Shown: positions 27,966 to 38,637, counted from the first letter of the stretch. The stretch: DNA of 64,000 nt from Nitrospira sp. (GCA_047150005.1 AP038806.1:3648001-3712000); one strand, 5' to 3'. A program made the numbers and translations. Notes: generated by a model not told the origin, from the sequence alone.

Positions 27966-30725
27966 ATGTCGTTGAAACCATGGTTTCGAGTCATGACTCC
28001 GCGGGAAGATCTGCGAGAAGGTCGTCCACTAGATGCCTCGGAGTTTGCCGTACACCTTGATCATGTCCGTGAAGGACGAGCGCCCGGCGATTATCAAGAC
28101 CCTCTCCGATTCTTTGAACGAACATTCCTTACAAAGAATCTCTCCAGCCTAGCCGCAGGAGTCGTTCGTCGTCTTTCCGGCATAAAAGTGGAAACATCCC
28201 CGGTCTACAATCTCACCACGCAGTTCGGCGGAGGCAAGACCCATGCTTTGACTCTTCTCTACCATCTGGCCAAACGAGGGCGTACAGCGTCGTCATGGAA
28301 AGGTGTGTCGAGCATTTTAGATACGGCCGGCGTCAAAACCACCCCTGAAGCAGCTGTGGCTGTTTTCGTGGGTACTGAATTCGATGCCATTTCTGGCCGT
28401 GGAGGTAAGAAGGGAGAGCCGCTCAGGCACACGCCATGGGGTGAGATTGCTTTCCAGCTGGCTGGGGCTGAGGGATTTGCGGTTGTGGCAAAACACGACG
28501 AACAACGAACGGCGCCGTCTGCTGAGGTCATTCGCGAATTCCTTCCGAAGGATCGCCCAACGCTTATCCTGCTCGATGAGCTACTCAACTTCATGGGTCG
28601 CAATCGAAAGTCAGGATTGACTGCACAGCTCTATGCCTTTGTTCAGAACCTGTCAGAAGAAGCACGCGCGCAGGATCGAGTGGTGCTCGCTGTGTCTCTC
28701 CCCTCTCTGCTAGATGAAATGACGCCTGATGATGAGGCCGATTTTGACCGGTTTCAAAAGCTGTTGGACCGGCTCGGCAAAGCAATGATTATGTCAGCTG
28801 AATCTGAGACGTCGGAGATAATTCGCCGTCGTCTGTTCGAGTGGGGCGGACTTCCAGATGAGGGACGAAAAACAGCCGGAGAATATGCCGATTGGGTTCT
28901 GACTCATCGTAATCAAGTGCCTCAATGGTTTCCGGTGGATAAAGCAAAGGAGATCTTTGCAGACACGTACCCGTTTCATCCCACGTTGCTTTCTGTCTTT
29001 GAACGGAAGTGGCAAGCGCTTCCACGATTTCAGCAAACGCGAGGCATTCTGCGCCTGTTGGCTCTCTGGGTCTCTCACGCTTACCAAGCTGGCTTCAAAG
29101 GTGCACACAAAGACCCATTAATTGGAATGGGGACTGCCCCGTTAGATGACCCGCTGTTTCGTTCAGCGGTCTTTGAACAACTGGGGAGCGCACAGCTCGA
29201 AGGAGCTGTGACAACGGATATCTGCGGAGCAAAAGGCTCACATTCCGCTCGACTAGACAAGGAGGCTGTCGAAACGATTCGCAGGGCTCGATTGCACCAA
29301 AAGGTGTCCACCGTAATCTTCTTCGAGTCCAACGGGGGCCAGACAAAGACTGAAGCTACATTGCCAGAAATTCGCCTTGCAGTTGCAGAGCCTGACCTCG
29401 ATATCGGCAACATTGAAACCGCGCTCGAAGCCCTGACAGATACCTGTTATTTTCTCTCGGCCGAAAAGAATCGGTATCGCTTTAGCCTGTCAGAAAACCT
29501 CAACAAGCTCCTCGCGGACCGTCGTGCTAGTATTCAGCCGCCCAGAATTGATGATCGAGTTCGAGCAGAAGTGCAAAAAGTTCTTCGGGAGGGAAACGGA
29601 GTGGACAGGATTTTCTTCCCGGATAAGAGCAGCCTCATCGCTGATCGCCCCGCCGTCACACTAGTCGTACTTCCCCCCGATCGTTCCCATTCAGATTCGG
29701 ATACTCGTGCATTCGTTGACTCTGCAACACGCGAGCATGGCACCTCCTCTCGGACATACAAGAGTGCTCTCATTTGGGCTGTACCGGAAGGGCCAGATGC
29801 TCTTCGGGATGAAGCCCGTAAAGTTTTGGCCTGGGAAGACTTGGACGATGAGCAGGATCAACATAGGTTTGATGAAGGGCAGAAGAGGCAGCTTGCAGAG
29901 AGTCTCAAAAAGGCGCAACGAGATATCAAAGAAACAGTTTGGCGTACATACAAGAATGTGATGCTGCTTGATAAGGATAATGCTTGGAAGACAGTGGACT
30001 TTGGCCTTGTTCACTCTAGTGCAGCCGATTCGCTCATAACGCTCATCCTTAAGCGGCTACGTCAGGATGGGGACATAGAGGTCGGCGTCAGCCCCAACTT
30101 CTTAACAAGAAATTGGCCACCGGCGTTCAAAGAATGGAGTACAAGGTCCGTCCGCGATGCGTTCTTTGCCTCTCCGCAGTTCCCCAGGCTTCTCAACGGC
30201 GACGTAATTAAGGACACGATCGTCCGAGGTGTCGAAAATGGCCAGCTTGCATATGTCGGAAAGAAAGCCGATGGCTCCTATTTCCCATTCCATTGGCAAG
30301 CCTCTCTCGGTGCACAGGATATCGAGATATCCGACGAGATGTATATTATTCAGCAGGATGTAGCAGAGGCATATAAGGCGGGAAAACCATCACTAACGCC
30401 CCAACCTACTCCGACAGCACCCACACTTGGAGGACCTACTACAGGACCGTTACCAATCTCTGGGCCTACGCCAGCTGGCCCCGCTCCCTCAGGATCAACT
30501 CTTTCGAAGATCTCTTGGAGCGGAGACATCCCACCACAGAAGTGGATGAACTTTTACACCAAAGTTCTTTCCAAATTCGCTGCCGGAATGGGGCTCAAAT
30601 TGACGCTACGGGTTGAGGTTAGTTCAGAAAGTGGGATTCCGAACCAAAAGGTTGAGGAAACTAGGGTAGCACTTCGGGAGCTTGGCCTTTCTGATGCCAT
30701 TGAATCAACTGAGCCAAAGAAATAG
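27966..30725 (+). CDS. DUF499 AAA+ ATPase
   Basis: KPW..PREDL, TQFGGGKTH, LLDEL, YPFHP, FQQTRG.LR. Confidence 0.92.
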   Translation: MSLKPWFRVMTPREDLREGRPLDASEFAVHLDHVREGRAPGDYQDPLRFFERTFLTKNLSSLAAGVVRRLSGIKVETSPVYNLTTQFGGGKTHALTLLYHLAKRGRTASSWKGVSSILDTAGVKTTPEAAVAVFVGTEFDAISGRGGKKGEPLRHTPWGEIAFQLAGAEGFAVVAKHDEQRTAPSAEVIREFLPKDRPTLILLDELLNFMGRNRKSGLTAQLYAFVQNLSEEARAQDRVVLAVSLPSLLDEMTPDDEADFDRFQKLLDRLGKAMIMSAESETSEIIRRRLFEWGGLPDEGRKTAGEYADWVLTHRNQVPQWFPVDKAKEIFADTYPFHPTLLSVFERKWQALPRFQQTRGILRLLALWVSHAYQAGFKGAHKDPLIGMGTAPLDDPLFRSAVFEQLGSAQLEGAVTTDICGAKGSHSARLDKEAVETIRRARLHQKVSTVIFFESNGGQTKTEATLPEIRLAVAEPDLDIGNIETALEALTDTCYFLSAEKNRYRFSLSENLNKLLADRRASIQPPRIDDRVRAEVQKVLREGNGVDRIFFPDKSSLIADRPAVTLVVLPPDRSHSDSDTRAFVDSATREHGTSSRTYKSALIWAVPEGPDALRDEARKVLAWEDLDDEQDQHRFDEGQKRQLAESLKKAQRDIKETVWRTYKNVMLLDKDNAWKTVDFGLVHSSAADSLITLILKRLRQDGDIEVGVSPNFLTRNWPPAFKEWSTRSVRDAFFASPQFPRLLNGDVIKDTIVRGVENGQLAYVGKKADGSYFPFHWQASLGAQDIEISDEMYIIQQDVAEAYKAGKPSLTPQPTPTAPTLGGPTTGPLPISGPTPAGPAPSGSTLSKISWSGDIPPQKWMNFYTKVLSKFAAGMGLKLTLRVEVSSESGIPNQKVEETRVALRELGLSDAIESTEPKK

Positions 30726-30809
30726 GTTTTTCATTCATGAATACCCGGCTACGCAGCATTACGCTTTGCTGATTTGACTGCTTGACGAATCTTGGAGAAT
30801 GCCATCATC

Positions 30810-31292
30810 ATGGACAGCATGAAAATGTTAGTCCAATTACTCTTGAATCTGCTTCCAAAGGAAAAGTCAGTTGGCCAAGGCTACCACGTGGTCTGGCACG
30901 TTCTGGTATCTCTTGTAGGCATTGGAGCGGTTTCATCTATTGCGATCATAACTGGTCATTTGTTCTACGGAGGTGGCATTCTTTCCGCCGGATTATTCGC
31001 TTTCTCCGTTGCCATCCTTCGTCCCTCCAAGCAGTTCTTTAAGACGGAATTGCTCGAAGATTACCAATCGTTCCTTCCACACTTTTCGAAGCACCTCTAT
31101 CGTGATTTAACGCAATTCCTTGGTCTTCTTTCTGCTCACATTGCCAGTTTGCTCTGCCTGGTCACCGCTCCTCTAAATCTTTTTAGCCGACCCTCTGTTT
31201 CATGTGAGAAAGCTACTCACCATTCCGCCGCATTTCAATGTCTCCTCCTCGCCTCTACCCATGTACTCCGTGCACCTCCTCAACTCGCTTAA
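30810..31292 (+). CDS. Hypothetical membrane protein
   Basis: Hydrophobic segments; SD GGAG; ends RAPPQLA. Confidence 0.45.
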   Translation: MDSMKMLVQLLLNLLPKEKSVGQGYHVVWHVLVSLVGIGAVSSIAIITGHLFYGGGILSAGLFAFSVAILRPSKQFFKTELLEDYQSFLPHFSKHLYRDLTQFLGLLSAHIASLLCLVTAPLNLFSRPSVSCEKATHHSAAFQCLLLASTHVLRAPPQLA

Positions 31293-31358
31293 TCGCGACA
31301 TTTAGTTCAGGCAAGTCCAAAGACCGCGAGTAAGACATCTACCAACGGAGGTGTCTGT

Positions 31359-31619
31359 ATGTGCACAGCTACGGATTCGAATTCCCTGAGCGAAGAAGAA
31401 TTCATCAGTATCAAGTTGGTTACTAATGGAGTTGTCGCCAGCGCGTATGGCGTCAGTCTTCGTACTGTCGAAGGATGGGCGAGTGGTCGTCCAGGAGGTC
31501 CGGAATGCATTCGCATCGGCCGTCTCGTGAGGTGGCCACTTTCGAATTTGAGGGAACACATCAAGACTCGTCTTCATGCCGAACGGTCAGGCCAGAAACT
31601 ACGAAGGACACAACGATGA
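31359..31619 (+). CDS. AlpA/excisionase-like HTH protein
   Basis: VASAYGVSLRTVEGW..GP..IRIGRLVRW; SD GGAGG. Confidence 0.75.
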   Translation: MCTATDSNSLSEEEFISIKLVTNGVVASAYGVSLRTVEGWASGRPGGPECIRIGRLVRWPLSNLREHIKTRLHAERSGQKLRRTQR

Positions 31620-31888
31620 AAAGAGAATCAAACCTATTCAATGGAGTGGATCTTAAACCGCTGATTGACATGCTCGAGCCACCGCAGTGGTGGTTCCAGC
31701 TTTGGCAAGAACACACGGAGTTAATGTGTGAGATAGCCGTCACAGTCATCAGTGTTCTGGTTCTTTTCCTTCTCGCATTCCGCACGTTTGCGTGGATGCT
31801 CAGGACTGGGCGGATTGCAGAGGTGGAACGCCGGCTTAACGAGTGGCATCTTCGTCGAATGCAACAAAAGGAAAAGGCATCACGGTAA
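31616..31888 (+). CDS. Small single-pass membrane protein
   Basis: ATGA overlap; IAVTVISVLVLFLLAF. Confidence 0.6.
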   Translation: MKRESNLFNGVDLKPLIDMLEPPQWWFQLWQEHTELMCEIAVTVISVLVLFLLAFRTFAWMLRTGRIAEVERRLNEWHLRRMQQKEKASR

Positions 31889-31909
31889 ACAACAAAAGGA
31901 GACCGCAAA

Positions 31910-32155
31910 ATGAAGATCCTTGATGAGGTTGTCCGTCGCATTGAAGAAACGCAGCAGAGCAAGCGAATCAAGCTCGCTTTCAACCTGGACGGACGATCAG
32001 CAGAGATGTTTTTGGAGGCTTATCACTCCACTGTCAAAGAGGAGTCCGTCAGCCAAGGTCAATTTGCTGCACGGATCTTAATGCTCGCATTGGAACGCGA
32101 AATGGGGACCCGCCTGCGGAGGAAAAGATCGCAAGCGAACAACAGTATCGGGTGA
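31910..32155 (+). CDS. Hypothetical protein (possible RHH)
   Basis: SD AAGGAG; 81 aa. Confidence 0.6.
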   Translation: MKILDEVVRRIEETQQSKRIKLAFNLDGRSAEMFLEAYHSTVKEESVSQGQFAARILMLALEREMGTRLRRKRSQANNSIG

Positions 32156-32207
32156 AAGAAGTGCGTTGTGATGACGATAAGAACCAGATGCCAGCGTTGT
32201 TTTCATT

Positions 32208-32237
32208 CACACCCATGCAACCCATTGCATGGGTGTG
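32208..32237. other. Candidate oriT inverted repeat
   Basis: CACACCCATGCAA-CCCA-TTGCATGGGTGTG perfect 13-bp arms upstream of the mob operon. Confidence 0.45.
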
Positions 32238-32409
32238 CCGGCCAGGATGTGAGCAATCTATGCAAGTTAAGACCGTAAGCCAAACAATCAGTTGGGACCA
32301 TACATCCTCTCGTCCTGTGCCCGGCACACATCCGCAAACCAGTTGGCTCGAATGGTGGATCACAGGCTCACGTATACCGATAGCCTAGCAAGGGAATCGG
32401 AGGCTCAGA

Positions 32410-33558
32410 TGTATAACTCACGACTTCATCTGACAGACAGCGAGTCCTCACCGGGTTTAGGCCGCTAACATTTTCTCCTTGGCCAGTGGCACACTATCGA
32501 GAAACGTCTGCATCGGTGTCTTGCCATAGCACCAGCGCCCTTGGTGGGGGCGCTGCTCGTTGTACTCCTGGATCCACGCATCCAAGTCAGCCTGGAGGTC
32601 CTCCAGCGTTCGATAGATCTTCTTGCGGAGCGCCACGCGGTAAAACTCGTTCAACATGGTCTTGTGGAACCGTTCACAGATCCCGTTGGTCTGGGGATGC
32701 CGCGTCTTGGTGCGCGTATGATCGATGTTCTCCACGGCCAGATAGAGTTCGTACTCATGGCGCTCCGGAGTTCCACAGTATTCCGTGCCGCGATCCGTGA
32801 GCACACGGTTCAGCGGAATGGCATGCTGCTCGAAGAACGGCAAGACCCGATCATTGAGCAATTCCGCGGCCGTCACCGGCGTCTTGCGGTCGTACAGCTT
32901 CGCAAATCCCACCTTGCTGTAGGTATCGATGAAGGTTTGCTGGTAGATGCGGCCGACGCCCTTCAAGGTGCCGACGTAGAACGTATCCTGCGCGCCGCAG
33001 TAGCCGGGACATTCGCTCTCAAATTCGCCGTGGGCCTCTTTGTCCGCCGTCGCCTTCTCCAGCGCCACGACTTGGGCCTCGGTAAGCACCAGTCCCGCTT
33101 GGGCTACCTTCGCTTCCAGTGCCTTTAAGCGTTTCCGCATCGTTGCGAGATCATGGCGGAGCCAGATACAGCGCACGCCCGCTGGGGAGATGGACAGCGC
33201 CTGCTTGCGCAGTTCATTCGCCACGCGGGCTTGTCCCCACGCGGGTTGCTCAATAGCGATCTGCACGATGGCCTGTTCCACCTCGGGTGCCACCCGATTC
33301 TTGAGGAGCGGCTTCTGCCGCGAAATCTCTTGAAGCGCGGCCTCGCCGCCGGTCTCGTAGAGTTCCTTGAATCGATAGAAACTATCGCGGCTATACCCCA
33401 TCAGCTGGCAGGCTTTGGAGACATTGCCGAGCTGCTTCGCCAGTTCCAGCACGCCGACTTTCGTCTTAATGATCTTTTGTTCCGTCGTCATGGTCCTCGC
33501 TCCTTTCGTGAAGAGGGAGGACTCTAGCTGACTGTCAGATTAAGTTCTAGCTTCCACA
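32410..33558 (-). mobile_element. IS481-family insertion sequence
   Basis: Imperfect 27-bp TIRs TGT...ATCTGACAG (32410-32436, 33532-33558); 7-bp target duplication GCTCAGA (32403-32409, 33559-33565). Confidence 0.92.
32457..33491 (-). CDS. IS481-family DDE transposase
   Basis: [41 protein letters not shown]. Confidence 0.95.
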   Translation of the reverse strand: MTTEQKIIKTKVGVLELAKQLGNVSKACQLMGYSRDSFYRFKELYETGGEAALQEISRQKPLLKNRVAPEVEQAIVQIAIEQPAWGQARVANELRKQALSISPAGVRCIWLRHDLATMRKRLKALEAKVAQAGLVLTEAQVVALEKATADKEAHGEFESECPGYCGAQDTFYVGTLKGVGRIYQQTFIDTYSKVGFAKLYDRKTPVTAAELLNDRVLPFFEQHAIPLNRVLTDRGTEYCGTPERHEYELYLAVENIDHTRTKTRHPQTNGICERFHKTMLNEFYRVALRKKIYRTLEDLQADLDAWIQEYNEQRPHQGRWCYGKTPMQTFLDSVPLAKEKMLAA

Positions 33559-33595
33559 GCTCAGACCCCTGACATCTAATATCACAGGAGCATGT

Positions 33596-33925
33596 ATGCA
33601 GATACGATTGAGGTTGAGCGAGCAAATTTCGTCGGCGGTGAGGCAGCAGGCCGGACAGCGGCGCGTCCATGTGCATGATTACGTGCGTCATTTGGTAGAG
33701 CGGGGACTGCTTGTCGATGTCATTACATTGACACGCGTTGCACAGGGACAATCCATGCCAATAGCGCAACAAGTTCTTGAGTCAATACTTGAAACCCGAA
33801 ATCTCCTCCGGTCACTCATGGCGGTGCGTGATCAGCAGACCGTGAGTCGAGCTCAGGCCGAGGCAAAACGCGAAGCAGATCTGTGCTATGCGAAAGGAGC
33901 ACATCATGCCTCTCCTGCGGCCTGA
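33596..33925 (+). CDS. Relaxosome accessory RHH-like protein
   Basis: MQIRLRLSE..YVRHLVERGL; first gene of the mob operon. Confidence 0.6.
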   Translation: MQIRLRLSEQISSAVRQQAGQRRVHVHDYVRHLVERGLLVDVITLTRVAQGQSMPIAQQVLESILETRNLLRSLMAVRDQQTVSRAQAEAKREADLCYAKGAHHASPAA

Positions 33926-35798
33926 CTTTTCAGGAAATTTTACTCGAGGTTCGGACACGGCCGCCACTCATATGCGCCTTCTGATCAAAGGTGCATTGTA
34001 TTGCTTTCTTGTATTTGCGGCGACGGCAATGACCACCACTCTTTGGCTCGTGCACGAGACGGTGGAGCGAACGGAATGGGATTGGTTCGTTCGGGTGGTC
34101 TTCGCGAAGCAGGCGTGTTCCTTCGATAAAGATCCCGCCTGCCAGGTTGTGCTCACTATACCGACTGACCAGCGTGCGGTTGATATGACCGCGGCAAACC
34201 TTGCCATTTTTGCGGAGACACCAGAAGTTCAAGCATATCTGGCCGGAGTGCGCAGCAAATTCACACAGGCGACCGTTCTAGGTGTGATGACTGGCTGTCT
34301 CACAGCCGCAGCGAGCTTCTTCTATTTTCTCCTCAGAGGATGGCGGTTGAAGAAGGCCATCCAAATCTCCGGTCTTTGTCTGGCTCCTGCCTTTGTTCTG
34401 TACTGGAAGCTAACGATGCTCCAGCACGTCAGTCCACACGTCCTCGGCGGACGTTGGCATGGCGCGCTGTGGTTTTCTGGCATGCCGATGATCCGTGGCA
34501 CGGAAACGTTGCACAGCGTCTACATTGGCGCCACTGGTGTGGGAAAAACCCAACTGATGCACCAGCGGATCGATACCGCACGACATTGGGGTGAACATGG
34601 GGTGGTGTATGACGACGGAGGCATTCTCCTTTCTCAGCACTTCCGGCTCGGCGACATCATCCTGAACCCATTTGATGCTCGCAGCGCTTTTTGGACGCCG
34701 TTTGCAGAAATTACCTGCGAGGCTGACTGTCGGGCCGTCATGGAAAGTTTATTCCCAATCAGTGAACGGACGTCTGATCCGATTTGGATCAATTCAGCGC
34801 GCGTGTGGGGGACCGATATTCTCTGGAAATTGTATAGCGAAGGTCGGCACTCGAACAAAGCGATCTACGACACGATGAAAGCGAAACTAGATGAGCTGAT
34901 CGTGCGGTTCGAAAACACGGTCGCTGGATCACAGATGGCCGTAGATAGGACGGGGGAAAGCATCCGTGCTGAGTTGCTGAGTCGTGCGGAGATCTTCAGG
35001 TTCCTCCCGGACGCGCCACATGGAATCCGACCATTTTCCATACGGCGGTGGGCGCTCAATCCGCAAGGTTGGCTGTTCTTCCCAGTTCAGGAACGGTGGC
35101 ATGCGCTCTTGAAACCTCTGCTGAGCCTCTGGATCGATCAATTCTGCCTCTCGTTGTTCGATCGTCTGCCCGACCAACCTGGTCCTTGCACCTGGCTCAT
35201 CCTTGATGAAGTAGGCAGCCTGCAGAGACTGCCGAGCCTTGAACGTCTGTTGATGAAGGGCCGGAAGTTTAATTGTGCCGTGCTGCTTGGCATTCAAACC
35301 TTCGCCGCCATTCGGGGCGTGTATGGCCCAGAAGCTGCGACAAATCTCCTGGGAAATTGTCACACGCGGGTCGTATTCCTCCTGACGGATCCTGAAACAG
35401 CAGAACAGGCGAGCAGGTTGTTCGGTGATGTCACTACTATGGAGCCTGACGAATCCCTGTCGATGGGACCACATCCGATGCGTGACGGCATGACTCTGTC
35501 TCGCCGAGAAGTTCGCCGACGCCTCATTCCACCGGAGCAGTTCTTGAGTATGCGACGGCTAACCGCCTATGTCAGATTGCCTGAAGACGTTCCAGCTACG
35601 TTTATCCGATGCCGGTATCGACACTGGCCGACGATTGTTCCCCCATTCATACCCTTCTCTCTTTCCCCTGATGTGTCGGAGGTAGCTGACACGGATGAGG
35701 CATTGTTGCAGCAAGAGTCACTGGCGGCCTTGGCGCGCGAACTGACGGAACCAGCTGCCCAGGCAAAAGGGCCTCGGGGGCTCGAGGCTCTGTCATGA
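33906..35798 (+). CDS. traD: Type IV coupling protein (TraD/TrwB family)
   Basis: N-terminal TM segments, GATGVGKT, LNPFDARS, LDEVGSL, KGRKF, GIQ. Confidence 0.9.
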   Translation: MPLLRPDFSGNFTRGSDTAATHMRLLIKGALYCFLVFAATAMTTTLWLVHETVERTEWDWFVRVVFAKQACSFDKDPACQVVLTIPTDQRAVDMTAANLAIFAETPEVQAYLAGVRSKFTQATVLGVMTGCLTAAASFFYFLLRGWRLKKAIQISGLCLAPAFVLYWKLTMLQHVSPHVLGGRWHGALWFSGMPMIRGTETLHSVYIGATGVGKTQLMHQRIDTARHWGEHGVVYDDGGILLSQHFRLGDIILNPFDARSAFWTPFAEITCEADCRAVMESLFPISERTSDPIWINSARVWGTDILWKLYSEGRHSNKAIYDTMKAKLDELIVRFENTVAGSQMAVDRTGESIRAELLSRAEIFRFLPDAPHGIRPFSIRRWALNPQGWLFFPVQERWHALLKPLLSLWIDQFCLSLFDRLPDQPGPCTWLILDEVGSLQRLPSLERLLMKGRKFNCAVLLGIQTFAAIRGVYGPEAATNLLGNCHTRVVFLLTDPETAEQASRLFGDVTTMEPDESLSMGPHPMRDGMTLSRREVRRRLIPPEQFLSMRRLTAYVRLPEDVPATFIRCRYRHWPTIVPPFIPFSLSPDVSEVADTDEALLQQESLAALARELTEPAAQAKGPRGLEALS

Positions 35799-38500
35799 TG
35801 AGCATTACCAAAGTAACGAGTGTCAGTGCACAGCACTATTATTCGCGCGAAGATTACTACACAACCCAAGCCGAGGCCCGTGCGGCCTCGGCTTGGGTTG
35901 GAAAAGCCGCTGACAGAATAGGACTCTCCGGACCTATTGAGCGAGATCAATTTCGAGAGGTGCTTGATGGAAAACTTCCAGACGGGATTGACATGGCTGC
36001 GAACGGCGGCAGTGAAAGACGAGCGGGCTTTGATGCGACATTCAGTGCACCGAAATCTGTCAGTTTACTCGCCGAAATTGGTGACGATACTCGTGTGTTC
36101 CATGCTCACCGTATCGCAACCCAAGCTGGACTCCATTATCTCCAAGAACATGCAGCTTATGCGCGTATGACGGAAGATGGAAATACGCGTCTCAAACAGA
36201 CCGGCAATCTTCTCATTGCGACGTTCGAGCACCACACGAGCCGTGCCGGCGATCCACAACTTCATTCGCATGCGGTAATCATCAATGCCACACAGCGGGC
36301 TGATGGTGAATGGCGCGCTTTAGCAGGAGAGAAGATCTATGAAGCGAAGATGACGGCAGGCGCGGTTTACCGGGCCACGCTGGCGCATGAGCTTCAGGAG
36401 CAGGGATATCAGATCAGTGTGACCCATAACGACGGACGTTTCGAGGTCACAGGACTCAATAAGGAGCACCTGGACCACTTCAGTCAACGTGCACGAGATA
36501 TACGGAACGTCATGGAAGACCGAGGACTCGACGGTGCAAAAGGTGCTGAGCGAGCGACTCTCCTGACGCGAGAGGCCAAAAGGGATGTAAACATAGAATA
36601 TCTGCGGCAAGAATGGCGTGAACGAGCCGAGGAGCACGGCATAGACCTCAAACGCATTGTCATGCAGGCACAGGAGCGAGCCACTTTGGGAGCGCCTGGT
36701 AAAGAGAGCTTGGTTCATGCAAAGGAAGCGGTTGAGTGGGCCGTTGCTCATACGTCGGAACGGCAGACACTGGTGAGCAGCGTAGAGCTCCATCGCTATG
36801 CTGCGGAGAAAGCAACTGGCAAAGCTAGTTTTGAGGACATCCGTGAAGCGATCGCTGAATATGAAAAGAACGGCAGCCTCATTCGAGTAAATGAGCGGTA
36901 TACCACCCTCGACGCGTTGCGCGTGGAGCAGCAGACAATTGATCTAATGAAAGCCGGCCAAAGCCGTGTCCTTCCTCTCATGGCGCGGGAGGGAGCGGAA
37001 GGCGGAATACAGGCACAAAGCCTAACTTCTGGGCAAGAGCGCGCTGTGCTCCACATTCTCACATCATCCGACCGCTTTATCGGAATAGAGGGGCTAGCTG
37101 GTACTGGAAAAACGACGATGCTCCGGCACGTCAACAGCGCCATCAAGGAGAGCGGCATTCAAGTGCATGGATTAGCCGTCTCGGCATCGGCTGCGAGGAC
37201 CCTTGAAAACGAAGCCGGCATTCGCTCGGAGACGGTAGCGCAGTTTCTCCATACGCCCGCCAGTCGGGTCTTCGATGACACACGCAAGCTCTACGTCATT
37301 GACGAATCATCGCTCCTCGGCGCGCGAATGGCACACGGGCTGATGGCACGCATTCAGCAAGAAAACGCGAGAGCGGTGTTTGTAGGCGATCGGGGCCAAT
37401 TGTCGGCGATCGAAGCCGGCAAGCCGTTCGCTGTGCTTGTCAATCAAGGCATGCAAACCGTGCGGATGGATCAAATCCTGAGACAGCGCGATGCTGATTT
37501 GAGGTTTGTGGTTGAAAAGGCCGCGGAGGGTCGGACACTGGAGACAATTTCCCATCTTGAAAAGCTTGGACGGCTGACTGCCGTCTCGGACCGCAATGAC
37601 CGCCTGGCCATGGTGGTGGCGGAGTACCTTGGACGTCCACCGTCTGAACAAGCAGATACGTTGGTGCTAACCGGTTCCCGGGAGGATCGCAGTGCTCTGA
37701 ATGAGACGATTCGAACTGGGCTTCAACAACAAGGTGTGCTATCAGCCCACGAAATGGAAGCAGATGTGCTCGTTCAGAGAGCCTTCACGAAGGCGCAATT
37801 GCGGGAGGGCGGATCGTACAACGTGGGTGAGATGGTGCGGTTTGCCAAGTCCTACCCAGGATTAGAGATCAGCAAGGGAGACTATGGCATCATCCAAGCC
37901 GTAAATGCTGAGCAAGGCATAGTGGTCCTGAGAATGGAATCAGCTGGACGGATTATAGACTGGCAACCTGAACGGTATGCGGGTGTCGAAGTGTTTCAGC
38001 GAGAACACCGAAGCCTGCGAGACGGTGATTTGATCAGGTGGACAAAGAATGACTACAGCCAAGATCGCCGGAACGGCGATGTGGCGCGTGTCGTCATCGA
38101 TTTCGAAAAAGGCGCCATCGCTATCCGTGACAGGGAGGGCAACGAATCCGCCTTCGATCCCAAGCGCGATCGACATTGGGACCACGGATACGCATCCACA
38201 ATTCACAGCAGTCAAGGACGAACAGCCGACCGCACTATTGTGCACGCCGATAGTCAGCAGTTGGCGACGAACAAAGAGGCCTGGTATGTCGCCGTGTCGC
38301 GGCCACGGAATGACCTGCGGGTCATTACGGATGATGTGAAAAGCTTACGAGAAGCGGTGGGTGAAAGCCGAGCGCAGGAGAGCGCAATCGAGGCAGTTGG
38401 AAAAAGTGGTGTCGAGAAAACCTATGACCGACAGTTGGATCGTGATCTTAGCCGTATAGCCCAGGTTTCACTAGCGAGGCAAGCGGAGTTGGAACGGTGA
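35795..38500 (+). CDS. MOBF relaxase-helicase (TrwC/TraI family)
   Basis: YYSREDYY, FSAPKSVS, HHTSRAGDPQLHSH; helicase GLAGTGKTT, SQGRT. Confidence 0.93.
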   Translation: MMSITKVTSVSAQHYYSREDYYTTQAEARAASAWVGKAADRIGLSGPIERDQFREVLDGKLPDGIDMAANGGSERRAGFDATFSAPKSVSLLAEIGDDTRVFHAHRIATQAGLHYLQEHAAYARMTEDGNTRLKQTGNLLIATFEHHTSRAGDPQLHSHAVIINATQRADGEWRALAGEKIYEAKMTAGAVYRATLAHELQEQGYQISVTHNDGRFEVTGLNKEHLDHFSQRARDIRNVMEDRGLDGAKGAERATLLTREAKRDVNIEYLRQEWRERAEEHGIDLKRIVMQAQERATLGAPGKESLVHAKEAVEWAVAHTSERQTLVSSVELHRYAAEKATGKASFEDIREAIAEYEKNGSLIRVNERYTTLDALRVEQQTIDLMKAGQSRVLPLMAREGAEGGIQAQSLTSGQERAVLHILTSSDRFIGIEGLAGTGKTTMLRHVNSAIKESGIQVHGLAVSASAARTLENEAGIRSETVAQFLHTPASRVFDDTRKLYVIDESSLLGARMAHGLMARIQQENARAVFVGDRGQLSAIEAGKPFAVLVNQGMQTVRMDQILRQRDADLRFVVEKAAEGRTLETISHLEKLGRLTAVSDRNDRLAMVVAEYLGRPPSEQADTLVLTGSREDRSALNETIRTGLQQQGVLSAHEMEADVLVQRAFTKAQLREGGSYNVGEMVRFAKSYPGLEISKGDYGIIQAVNAEQGIVVLRMESAGRIIDWQPERYAGVEVFQREHRSLRDGDLIRWTKNDYSQDRRNGDVARVVIDFEKGAIAIRDREGNESAFDPKRDRHWDHGYASTIHSSQGRTADRTIVHADSQQLATNKEAWYVAVSRPRNDLRVITDDVKSLREAVGESRAQESAIEAVGKSGVEKTYDRQLDRDLSRIAQVSLARQAELER

Positions 38501-38637
38501 AGACTGAGGGAAGTCTTTCAAGGCATGGGGCCACGCCATGCGCTTGACGACATCCCCCAGACCCCCTAGCAAAGCGCCGGCTTACGCCCGCGCGGAAGGA
38601 GAACCATGTTTCAAGTGCAAAGGAACTGTGCAGTTCC

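Noticed and set aside
20894..30725. Canonical BREX or DISARM
   Set aside because: No PglZ, BrxL or DrmB/DUF1998-like gene seen
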